From Octopus bimaculoides (taxonomy: Eukaryota): a stretch of DNA of 64,000 nucleotides. The stretch spans positions 77,275,003 through 77,339,002 of the forward strand of contig NC_068986.1 of NCBI RefSeq assembly GCF_001194135.2, given 5' to 3'. Under the pieces are notes generated by a model. That model was not told the DNA's origin and did not search any database. It saw only the letters and a list, made by a program, of their open reading frames with translations. The position numbers were made by a program, and so were the translations under genes. Shown one piece after another: positions 1 through 12,000 of this stretch. The stretch's first letter is position 1; each line of letters starts with the position of its first letter.

Positions 1-689
1 ATATGTGAATATGTGTGTGGGTTTTTTTACACGGGAGCAGAGGATGGAAGATGAAAAATAAAATTTAATGATATTCATGGATTTCTTTATCAGCAAAAAT
101 GTACATGTACTTCTTTCTAATATTTGTGGTTAATAGAAAACACTTGGTCCATAAAATGTTTGAATCTATAGTTTAACTAACTTAACAGTTAGGCTAAATA
201 AGACCTTTTGATATTTAAGTACTCAATTTGATTTTTACTTAAGAGCACTTAACTCTGTTTACGATCACTAATACTCCTAGAAAGACATCATTGCCACAAA
301 ATCACATGCTCCCACATCTAAACACGAAAATATTCACTTGTCAACAAAATATAAACAAGAAACAACTAATTTGTACTAGCTTTAAAGCTGCCTGATAAGG
401 TGGCTTTTAAGCTAGTGGGATATAATTCTTACAAGAAACCCTTGCTGTGATTCACTTTATCTCTGCTCAAAATACTTGTTTCATCATCATTTAAGGAGTT
501 AGCTTTTTTCTAACTTTTTACATTTTGCATTCAAATCCAGCTGGCGTCAATGATGCTTGTCATCCTTTCAAGGCTGATAAAGTACCAGTGAAATACTGGG
601 GTCAATATAAGACTTGCCCCCTCCACTCAAACTGCTAGCCTTGTGCCAAAATTAAGATTTATTTTTATTATTACAGTGAACCTCATTTC

Positions 690-1672
690 GAGGTTCTGCC
701 AGTTTTTGTCAAATACAGTCTCACACTCAAGGCAGTGTACACAGGTGCATTGTTGTGATGAAATCACCACTCCCCACTTTGCCACTGATTGGGGCGTTTT
801 CATATCACCTCATCTTGCAGACACTTCAGAACTGCCAAGTAAAATGTCTGGTTAATAGTTTGACCTGAACAAACAAATTCTGTGTGAACAATTCCTTTTG
901 TATTGATAAAACAAATCAGCATTGTCTTGACATTGGACTTCACTTGACACACTTTTTTGGGGTATGGTGACATTAAGTGTTTCCATTGGCTTGATTGCTG
1001 CTTTGTTTCTGGATCGTATCTGTAGCACCAGCTTTCGTCACCACTGATAACTTTCAAAAAATGGTTCAGATCAACTTCCAACTGTTCTTTCAGTTTGTGA
1101 CCTGCATTTAGTTGTGAGCAAGCAAGGCACAAATTTTGCTGCAACTCTTTTCATTTGAAATTCCTTGCTCAAAATTCATTGGCAGGAGCTCCAAGACACA
1201 CCAGTCGTATCAACAAGTTTGTCAGTTGTTCAGTGACAGTCTTCCAAGATGAGTTCATGAATTTTCATGATGTTTTCGTTTATTTAGGAAGTTGATGGTT
1301 GTCCTAAACCGGGTTGGTCTTCAAGTGGCCATTCCTAAAGTGTGAAAACCACTTGTAAGCTTGTTTTGCTCATGACAACATCCTTATAAGCTGTTTGAAG
1401 CATGACAACTGTTTTGGCTGCCATTTTCCCCAGCAGGAAACAGAATTTCATGGAAGCATGCAATCCCTTCCTTTCAGCCATCGCCAAAATTCAACAGGCG
1501 AGAATCACTGCCAAACAGATGCACCATGTGGCAGTATGACGACACATGATGCCACTGGTTGGCAGATTGATGCCTGAAGGTCGCATCAAGTGGCTTCTAG
1601 CTGTGGGAGCCTGAACTACAACGGGCTTGTCTCATAGAACATTTCCAGTTACTTTTAGGTACCTCTTCATAG
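690..1672 (-). mobile_element. Mariner (Tc1/mariner) transposon relic
   Basis: ORF 800-1144 gives ISGDESWCYRYDPETKQQSSQW...KTMLICF; downstream HHNNAPVYTALSV (second catalytic D mutated); frameshifted and truncated. Confidence 0.85.
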
Positions 1673-1889
1673 TTGATTACATTGATCCCTGTGCTCAATT
1701 GGTACTTTATCAAGGATGAAAGGGAAAGTCAACCTGTTAGGAATTTGGACTCAGAACGTTAAGCTTATAATAATAAAAAATAAAGTAAGAAGGTTCCAGC
1801 AATTATTGCATAACCTAGACTTAGTAATGGAATTCCTTTTGTATTTTAATGATGACTAAAATACTTTTTCTTTTATATTTCTTTTGCAG

Positions 1890-3035
1890 CTTGCGATCCA
1901 AGCCAAGAATTCTCAAGAAGTACCATGCAGGGAAAGAATATCAACACAATTAAAAACACACCCTGCCACCTGTGAAATGGGAAATAAAGAATTCTGTTAT
2001 AAAAAAGATAAAATTAATAGTTCCCAGGTTGAAAAGATAAATAATATTTGTGTTTCTGAGGACAGTCTAAAACTTTCATGTAAAACTAAAAAATTACTGA
2101 ACATTCCTTCCAATTCTATTGAGCAAAAAACTGATCCCATTAAAACTGAAATTGCTTCTGATTTCAAAACTAGCTTTCCCTTACCCACAAACTCATTTCA
2201 AATGGTTGAAAGTGATTGTCAAACATCTGGGAATTCTGATTGTTCATCTGTATCTTTAAATACCTCTAAAATCTTATTAAAAACTAGTAATGACACTCAA
2301 CATAAATGGAAAACATGTTTATCTAATTCCTTTGCTTCTGGTGAATCTACAAAGAAAATGACTCCCAATGAAACTAGTGAAACAATGGAACCACAAATAA
2401 CCATTTCTACAAATGTAAGGGAAAGTTCTGATTTAGTATGTTCCTCAAAACGAGTTAATGAAGAAAGATTGGCAGTTCCTTTATTACAAGAATCATCACA
2501 TATTGAAAAACAAAATGATTTCAAACATAATCAACTTGAAATCGATAACAGTTTAAAACGTTCTAATGAAAATCCTTTTGACTCCAACCATATTTCAAAA
2601 TCTGATGAGGAACTAATTTCAAGTGAAGCATTGCGTTGTGCTATGGTCAATATTCCACTTAAGTGTCAGGAAGTAAGTAGTAGTTTACAGACTGGTGATG
2701 ACTGCATAAAGAATCAAACAGCTTTATTGAATCGGAAAGAGGTAAATAATGATACAGATTCCCTCCAGATAATTAACTCTTCAGCTTCTCTCTTCAACTC
2801 AGATCAGAAAATTTCATCCCAGTCTTTGCAATGTTGTCACTTAAATCAAAGTAGTAAGAATCAGCCTATTGAAATAATGGGTAGTTTATCTTCAGATCAT
2901 ACTAAAAACTCTGATGCTAAAGAAAAGCAAACTGAGATTCTGGATAAACTAGTTGTAAGACAGTTTCAAAAAGATCCTTTTTCTGTATGTGATTTTCAAA
3001 CAATCTGTGATTTAAAATTAACAAGAACTGAAAAG
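1890..3035 (+). CDS. PALB2: PALB2-like large low-complexity exon (382 codons, phase 0/0)
   Basis: Polypyrimidine tract + cag acceptor ending 1889; open S/N/K/E-rich frame; AAG|gtaaat donor at 3036; in phase with the next exon. Confidence 0.8.
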
Positions 3036-6000
3036 GTAAATATATTTTTATTGCATGTATTATTTTCCCCTAAAATACACACATGATTATATACCAACTG
3101 AAACTTCAAAATGTTTGTAGCTCTCTTTCAAAAACTTAATATCAAGTTTAAAAGATTCTTGTTTAGCCCTGACCAAGCAGATCTATCATCAAAAGGATTC
3201 CAGCCATGACTGTCCCCATTGCTCTTTGTATTGAGATAGTAGTGTAAAATTTGGCTGCTAACAAGTTGTGTGACAACGTAGAGCTTCCTCATTGACTCGA
3301 TATGGAAATATAATGCCATAATTGTGGAATACAATTTCTTTTTAATAAAATGATGACTTAGTTCATTTGTTGAGAAAATATCTCAATTGGTGTATTGGTT
3401 CCTTGAAATGTTTCAAATCATATTTTATCCTATCAAATACAATGTAAAGCTTTCTTACTTTAACTGCAGTTTAGTTCTGTACAAAGCCATTAATTAGTTT
3501 AGTAGTCACTTTTCATTATCAGTCAAAAGTAGTGTTTGAAGCATGATTACAATTATAAACTCCATTTAAAAAAAAAGAAACCTGGATATTTTCATTTCAT
3601 AAAAAGCATGTTTCTTTTAAGATGTGTATGTTGATTTTCATATTGTTTCACTTTTACAGATTCCTGATAACAATGAAGTTGTCAGTCTTTTGAACACAAG
3701 TTGTAGTGTTTCCATTCATAGAGACTTTACTGTATGTGAGAATTATTTAGTGGGTGTCACCAAATCGGAAATTCTATTCTGGACATATACTAAAAATGAA
3801 GACTGGCACATAATTTATCAGTGGAAAGTTTCTGATTATGTAAGTGTTATTTTTATTAAGTTTAAGAAGCTGGAAGAGAAGTCTTTCAGTTTACACAGGT
3901 TTGCCTTTAAAATGACATATTTATTTTCTGAAACATTATCATTGACTTGCTGTAATACTTTCATTCACTTTTAAAGTATCTGTAATGCAAGGTTATTTAA
4001 ATATAAGGGAAATATTTCGAAATATGTCTCATTATCATAGGCAGTCTGTTGGTGGTTGATGATTATTTGCCATGTGAAATATCACTAGTTGTATTAAAAG
4101 GAAATTGTTCTCTCCTGGTCTCTGTCCTCAGCTGCAGATATTAATGTTCAATCTCTTTGTGTTATATTTATCCACTTGCTTCTTAGTCAGTGGTTGGTTG
4201 GGTGTAGCCCAATTTACTCCTTTCTTTCTATGATACTGGTTGTTCAAAGATCAACTATATTGATGTTATATATTTCCAGCTCCGATGCCATAAGTGTAGT
4301 ATGCTCCTCTAATGTTCTAACATAACATTGAGCTATATAAAGGTTTGATGTCTTGCATCCAAGTGAATTTTTTTGCTGTTGTTCAGAGCAGGAGACAGCT
4401 GGTGAAATCCTTGTTAACCGAGGTTGCAATAGATCTAATATACTTTTGACTTATCGGCATTATTTCATAGGATTCCTTTAACCCATTTGATATCAACCTG
4501 CCTGAAATTGCCTCTGACTCTGTAGTACAAATGTCTTGTTTTCAAAAGTTTTGAATTAAAATCTTCCATTAAACCTTAGTTACAATTTATGTTCCTAACA
4601 CTAGCTTAATGATAACTAAGTTATTTTACTAAATTTGTTATATTTAAAATTAATTGAAAGAAACTTAGAGCATCTCAACAGAAATATGGTAACAAAAAGG
4701 TTAAGTACTAGTTTCTTTTGCAATTAGTAGCAATGCTTTCTCAGCTATAGTATACAAAACTGACAAGGATAGGCCAAGTCATTGATTCTACAACCACTAG
4801 TGATGGGCTAGTAGATACATGGTGACACAGCTGTTGACTCGCCTGAATTCATTTGTTCCCTTTTGACAAGTTTTGATTTTTATCCTGCAGGGTGTCCCAA
4901 AACCACCCTCCTACCAAGCAAGCATGATGGGGCTGCCAGTTTTTTCCTCAACAGTTTGACTATACACATTGTATTGGCTTGCAGGAAACATATCTAATAG
5001 CCTATTAAAACAAATATTTTTAGAAAGTTTTGGTATTCAAAATGCTATTAAGATTGAGTGGTAAGAAATCTGTTGTGATGTAAGTACAGTTTGCTGCATC
5101 AAACAACTTAATACATGTTCTATTAGAAATTTTTTTAAATTCAGTATTTTTATATAGTACTTATTGATTCATTTATATGTAATTGGGTAGTAATTCAAGA
5201 CCAATTCCCATTTAATTTTATATTGTATTTTGAGTTAAATGGTATTGCAAACTTATCACTTTCCATCAAGAAACTTCCTTTTCATTGTCCTTTAACGTCT
5301 GTTTTCCATGCTGGTATGGGTTGGACGGTTTGACCAGAACTGGAAAGCTGCACCAGGTTCCAGTCTTATTTGGTTAGGTTTCTATGGCTGATGCCCTTCC
5401 TAATGCCAACCACTTTACAATCTGTGCTAGGTGTTTTTAACATGACAGCACTTAGACGTGGCACCAGCACGAATGCTGGCACAGGACTCTAGTAGGCCAA
5501 TCCTCTTCACAAGGGGGAGCAGCCCTAACACTTCTGCTGTGGAGGATAGGTCCTGAGTACAGCAAAGTGACGGTATCTTGGTCCTTTGTCATCTTGTCTG
5601 GTGGTTTGTTAATCCATAAAAGTACATACTAATCCTTGAAATAAGATATTCTGATAGTTTTGTTTTTTACGGAGAAGTCATATCACAGAGTAAGTAAATG
5701 TTGGTTTTTAAATTCATGTTTTAGGGATTGTATCTCTTCACACAAAATGAGTAGTGCAAGTAAAAAAAAAAGTTTGTCAATATTCAGAGGCATATTTAAA
5801 ATTTGGATTTATACCCGCTATCCATGATAAACGGTCACCTTTCTGCCTCTTATGCTAACAATGCTTGACCAACGAATCAGTGAAACCAAATCGTCTTGAG
5901 TTGCATTTGAAGACAAAACATAGTGCGTATGTAAATTCAGTTTTGAATTAGTCTTTGAAGAAGTTTGCAAAAAGAACAACTGTAATGTCTCTGTTTACTA

Positions 6001-9000
6001 CACAAACTGGTGTTAACACCTGTTGTACTCTTGAGGCTAGTTATGAAATTTCATTACTCATTGCTAAATGTGGAAAAAATCATACTATTGGAGAGGATTT
6101 AATTAAACCATCAATATCAGCATTTTTTAAAACAGTCCTGGAAAAAGATAAGTTGTTCAAGCCATGCTACTCGGTAACAATACTGTTAGAAGAATAGATG
6201 AAATGAGTGAAGATATTGAAGTACAACTTATGGAAAAGCTGAAATCAAAAAAATTCTCATTACAAATGGATGAGTCAACTCTGAGACAGCGAGGTCGTAT
6301 TGCTAACCTATGCAAAATATATTGATAAAGGTGAATTTGCTGGAGAAATCATATTCTGCGAATCATTAACAAATATCTTTGAAAAACTGAATATGTTAAA
6401 TAAACAACTTCAAGGATCAAATAAAACTCTTATTGATGCTAAGATGAAGATATTTGGCTTTGTTACATTCATTGAGTTATGTCAAAAGAATATTTTTGCC
6501 AAAATTTTTAACCAGTTTCATTGGCTAAAAAAAATGTGTGGTGACCGATACTGCTGTACTTGTCATTGTGGATCATATGAAAATATTGGCCTCTGATTCG
6601 AAAGAAAAATTTTCTGATTTAAAACAAATTGATTTTCCAACTTGGGTGCTGCTGCCAATGCTAGTGGATATATGATGTTTCGATACAGTACCAAGAAGAA
6701 CTCTCGGAAATGCAAAATGATGAGGCAGTGAAAACTTTATTCAATATAAAAGGAGTGATGTCATGGCTTTGTGATGAGACAAGAACTAAATGCCCAAATT
6801 CAACCAACTTTGCAAAAAAATTGTTGTTACCGTTCCCATCTTCATATTTAGCTGAATGTGGCTTTAGTGCTGTAAATGATTTGTTATTGAAGAAAAAAAA
6901 AATCAACTGGATATCACTAAATGAGAAGACTTGAGACTAAAGCTGACTAAATTGGTGCCTAATCTAAAATCTCTCTGTAGCAGGCATGAAGCACAAGGAT
7001 CTCCCTAACTTTAGTATACTTATTTTATATATCTGCATTTCAGTTTTCTTGCTCGACACTGTTCTGTTTGGTATTATGATAGCGTACTTTGTCGTCGGCC
7101 CGACTGGATGAGTGACTGAACTGTGTGCCTCACCAACTGCCCCACTCATTATGTCTGTTAACTATTTATTTGTAGTGAAACAGCCCACTTCTCTGGCTTG
7201 GAGGTGTCCTCCACAACACCTCCAACTTGAGATTTTTTTCTACACAGTATATTTTTTTTCTCCCTCTATCACATAGAACAAAATCTTTTTTCAATCTCTT
7301 ATCACAGAGAAATTTCATACAGTTCTTCGATATACACCTGTCAACAATTATTTTTTTTCAACCCTATCTATTACACAGAACAAAATCCTTTTTTTAATTT
7401 CTAATCACAGAAGCATTAAATTATTACATAGTTCTCTGACACACATCCATTGGCAATTATTATTATTCTTATTTTTCAACTCTATTACACATTCAAACCA
7501 CGCTATTCGGATATATTCCACATACTAACACATGAGCTACCTGACTGAATTCCTTCATCAGACTTGTATTATTATGAAAGAAATATGTAATCAATCTGCC
7601 CATTTTCAGTTCCACAAATACACAATGTTTTGTTCTGGTCAAATGATTCTCTTTAATTTCACTTTGTCACAGTATTTCTTTGCTATTTTTACTTTTCTTT
7701 TTTCAAAGGAGTTTGCTGTTATTTCTGCACTCCTATTTTTTGTAACTTTCAAAGCTAAACGCAAAACAACAAAAAATGAATACTTTAATTTCACATAAAT
7801 TACTTAGTCATATTACTGCAGGAAATTACTCTGAAAGAAATTTTTGCAGAAAGGTGAATAGATTGATTACATATTTCTTTCGTTATGTTATCGCAGTTTT
7901 GTGAGATTTGGCTGTTATTTCTAGCATATGGATAGCCTGCTTGAAGGGCAAGGACGTAGAATTGGGAGGAGAGGGTGTTAGGNNNNNNNNNNNNNNNNNN
8001 NNNNNNNNNNNNNNNNNNNNNNNNNNNNNNNNNNNNNNNNNNNNNNNNNNNNNNNNNNNNNNNNNNNNNNNNNNNNNNNNNNNNNNNNNNNNNNNNNNNN
8101 NNNNNNNNNNNNNNNNNNNNNNNNNNNNNNNNNNNNNNNNNNNNNNNNNNNNNNNNNNNNNNNNNNNNNNNNNNNNNNNNNNNNNNNNNNNNNNNNNNNN
8201 NNNNNNNNNNNNNNNNNNNNNNNNNNNNNNNNNNNNNNNNNNNNNNNNNNNNNNNNNNNNNNNNNNNNNNNNNNNNNNNNNNNNNNNNNNNNNNNNNNNN
8301 NNNNNNNNNNNNNNNNNNNNTCTAAGTTATGGGTGAAAACCTCGGATCTTGTGAATTTTCCAAAGTCCTTTCCCCACCCCTTCGGAAAAGATTTTCCCCT
8401 CAAATTTCTTTATTACTGTAACGTTTGTTGTTTGAAAGGCATTTATATGAAATTTCATTAAAAAACCATTTTCCTAAAAGTTTTGAGAGAAAAACTTGGA
8501 TCTTGTAAATTTTCTGAAGTCCTCTCCCCACCGCCCCTATTACTTCCTGCGCATTTTTGTTTTCATATTCGTTTCCTACACATTTTTTACACCCGTTGCA
8601 CTATTTTTTTTTTTTTTTTCGTTTCTGGGTAATATTGTAAACATTTCTCTTTAATTTTTAATTCATCACCAAATTTTTCCTTGTATTCTGCGGTCATTGT
8701 TGTATCCTGCATATTTTTGAATTCTTGTCACCAAATTTCTTCTTGTATCCTGCGATCATTGTTGTATCCTGCGTATCTTCGAAGACTCATCGCCACTGTT
8801 GTGTCTTGCGTGTTTTTGAATTCTTGTCACCACTTTTACAAAGTGTTATGATTTTAAATATTTTCCCCTACATGTTGTTTAAATCCTTGTCGCCACTGTT
8901 GTCTTGCTTGACCCTGTTCTGTGTGGTATTATGACGACTTATTTCGTTGTTGGCCTGACTGGCCCAAACTGTGAGTGGCCAAACGGCGTGCCTCGCCGAC

Positions 9001-12000
9001 TGCCCCACTCATTATGTCTGTCAACAATTTAATTGTAGTGGAACCGCCCACTTCTCTGGCTCGGGGCTGTCCTCCACAACAATGTTTTTGAAATTATGTT
9101 TAACTGCCCTTTTGTGTTTTTTATTTTTCTCTTTCATCAGTGCTATGTTCTTTGGATGCTTGTTTAGAGACCAAATTAATAGCTTTTTAAGCTTCCTCCA
9201 AGTGAATCATCATCGTAGTAAAATTTTGAATAGCAAAAATTAGATATCACAAGCATCAGGATTTTAGAAATGTTTCGATGGGGCATGGCCAAAAATCGGT
9301 TTAACCTTAGAAGAATGACAGGTAGTCCTCAGTTTTGCACAAGGCTACCAATTTTTTAGGGTGTTGTTGGTGAATCAATTCACTTTACTGGTACTTTTTG
9401 GGGACCTGGAAGGATGAATAACAGTCAGCCCTGATGGATTTGAAATTAGAACATAGAAAAAGGCATAACTAAATATTGTATAGTGTTTAATCCAGCACTT
9501 CACCATTTCTCCCATTCCATTTGCTTTTTCATTTTATTTAGTTATTACTGAAAAACCTCTTCTGTTTTCAGCTTGAGGAATGTTCCACTGCAAGTCTTCA
9601 TCCTTATGAAAGTGCTGTGTGTGTTGCTGTTCTAGGGTTGAAGGCTCAAATGCATCACAGTCTAATACTTTCTACATTCCAAGGCCTCAGTAAAAGAAGC
9701 ATATCTGTAGTAGTTACATCTGTTGTCTCCCTTCCAACCAATCAGTATGTTACTAATATTTTCTTTTTAATCTATCAATTTTTTATATTCTGGTAGTTTT
9801 TGATCTAATAGGTAAGAAAAAAAACTATAAAGTAGATGATGCAATAGTTTATTAAATATCATAACCTATTAATTTATTTCAGATATTAGTGAGCTCAATT
9901 ATTTTCTATTCATCTTTCGTAGGTAGGTCATCATCATCAAAGAAACTATCAAATACTGGTGGGTTTTTTTTAATTTTTTTTAATCCACAATACCCTCTCT
10001 GAAAACTGATGTCCTTGTCCCAATGTTAGAAATCAATAATTTATTAAATATATAAAACAGAAAATTAAAAAGCTTATTCTGGGTTAGTTGCACAAGTTAA
10101 ACTAAATGATCACATAAACCAAAAGGGAGTCTATTGGTTTGTTATCGAATTTTTCTTTTTAATGACACTAGGCAATATGTATATTTTGGTAACAGTTGAA
10201 TTTTGTAGAGGGTTAGTGGTGGGCAAGGGTAACGATTTAATAGGGAGACTTTGGGCATTGAAATTTAACTGAACAATCTATTTTGGTAGACTTTCAGCCT
10301 AGGGACAGTTTCCAGAAACTTCTCTTCTGGAAAATGTTGGGGTAAAAAGCATTTCTACAGACATGGTAGAACTGCAGCTGAGCAACAAAACCTTTTGTTT
10401 ATGCAGTTGTTCAATGTCCAAGTATTGTTGACTTGTGGAGTTGTGTAACAAATCTTTCAATTTGTTGGGTCTTTTGTGAAGATCACCTGCTGCCTTCCTT
10501 GAGAAGGGACAAGCAGTTTTCCTCTGTCTTAAGGCTATAACAAAAGAGTTTGTATGGTGGACAAGACTGAAAGGATTGAGGGCAGTTTCTTCTTTGGCCA
10601 AGCCTTCATAAACTTCAAATTCTACTTGGAGACGAAAGTAGAGAGATATGGAAGTTTGTCCCTCTAGTAAATTTGCAGAGGAGTGGGTGTGAGGGGCAAT
10701 GATGGATCAGATAAATGGCCTTACTCTTAGCATGCACCTTGCAGGCTGTACACAGCTGGAAGAAATAATTACCCTTTATAGTCAGGGGTTAACCTTGGAT
10801 CTGTGGTATTCTTTGATTGGCTTCAGTTGATTTTCCTATTGTAATGTCTCATTTTATTCCTTTTATATGTACCATTATTTTTCATAATCAGTTCTGTATA
10901 ACTCTCTATTGCTTCTGTAATTTATCCTTATGTTTTTTCTCATCCTAATTCTTGTGGCAAATAAATGATTTTTACTTTTTACAGAATAATCTACTGCTCT
11001 TTGAACAGCTTTGAGCTTGCTGTCGCTTCATCATCAAACAATGAGAATACAAAAATCTCTAAAATCTATCTTTTGGAAGATTTTACTGCTGTCAAAGAAC
11101 AACAGAGTTTAGAATCTACTTCTGAAAAACTTCTCTCATTAGCTGCTATTCAAAGATTGCCTGCTGGTCTTATTGGACTAACAGTTACCAATGTTTTATT
11201 GATATGGTAAATTTAACTCTTGACTTTTAAAAAAAAATTTAGGCAATACTAGTGTCCTGGTAATTATTTTGGTTTAATATGGTAACATTATCTGTTGATG
11301 CTTAGCTGAGCAAATATGTTTGATACCAAACTAAAGAAGGTTGCCAGTAAATGACCATGTTATGTTTATTGCAGGTATGTTGGCAATAGTTCCTATTTCT
11401 TTTATCACTATAAATTATTAGATGCAAAATTGGTGCCTTGGTATGAAGAGTAAGCTGAAACCAAACTCCGAGAGTGTAGTGGGTGCTTTTACGTGCCACC
11501 GGCATGAGGGCCAGTCAGGCGGTACTGGCAACGGCCATGCTCAAAATGGTGTTTTTTACATGCCACCTGCACAGGAGCCAGTCCAGCAGCACTGGCAACG
11601 ACCTCGCTCGAATGTTTTTTCACATGCCACTGGCACAAGTGCCAGTAAGGCGACGCTGATAACGATCACGCTCAAATGGTGCTATTTACATGCCACTGGC
11701 ACGGAAGCCAGACAGCTGCTCTGGCAATGATCACGCTCGGACGGTGCTCTTAGCGCTACACTAGCACAGGTGCCAGTCATCAAATTTGGTTCAATCACAA
11801 TTTCGATTTCACTTACACCAACAAGTCTTCGCAAGCCAAGTTTAGTGTCCAATGAAGGAGAGGTTGGCATGGGTGCCAGTCGTCGAATTTGGATCGATTT
11901 CATTTATCTCAACAGGTCTTCACAAACAGAGTTTAGTGTCCAATGAAGGAAAGGTACACATAAGTGGGCTAGCTACACCCCTGGCAGAGGCCTCGAATTA

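Noticed and set aside
1884-3086. Single-exon 400-aa gene with a TTG start
   Set aside because: It is an internal exon bounded by splice sites (1890-3035); non-ATG starts in the ORF track are not meaningful for this eukaryotic DNA.
7908-8403. ORF-track ORFs spanning N runs (also 21017-21796, 26614-26893, 61747-62002)
   Set aside because: Artefacts of translating through assembly gaps.
11480-11780. Array of ~60-65-bp units that superficially resembles a CRISPR array (also 52560-52830)
   Set aside because: The units are degenerate along their whole length with no unique spacers, there are no cas genes, the context is eukaryotic, and the block is the 3' UTR of an RTE LINE present twice.
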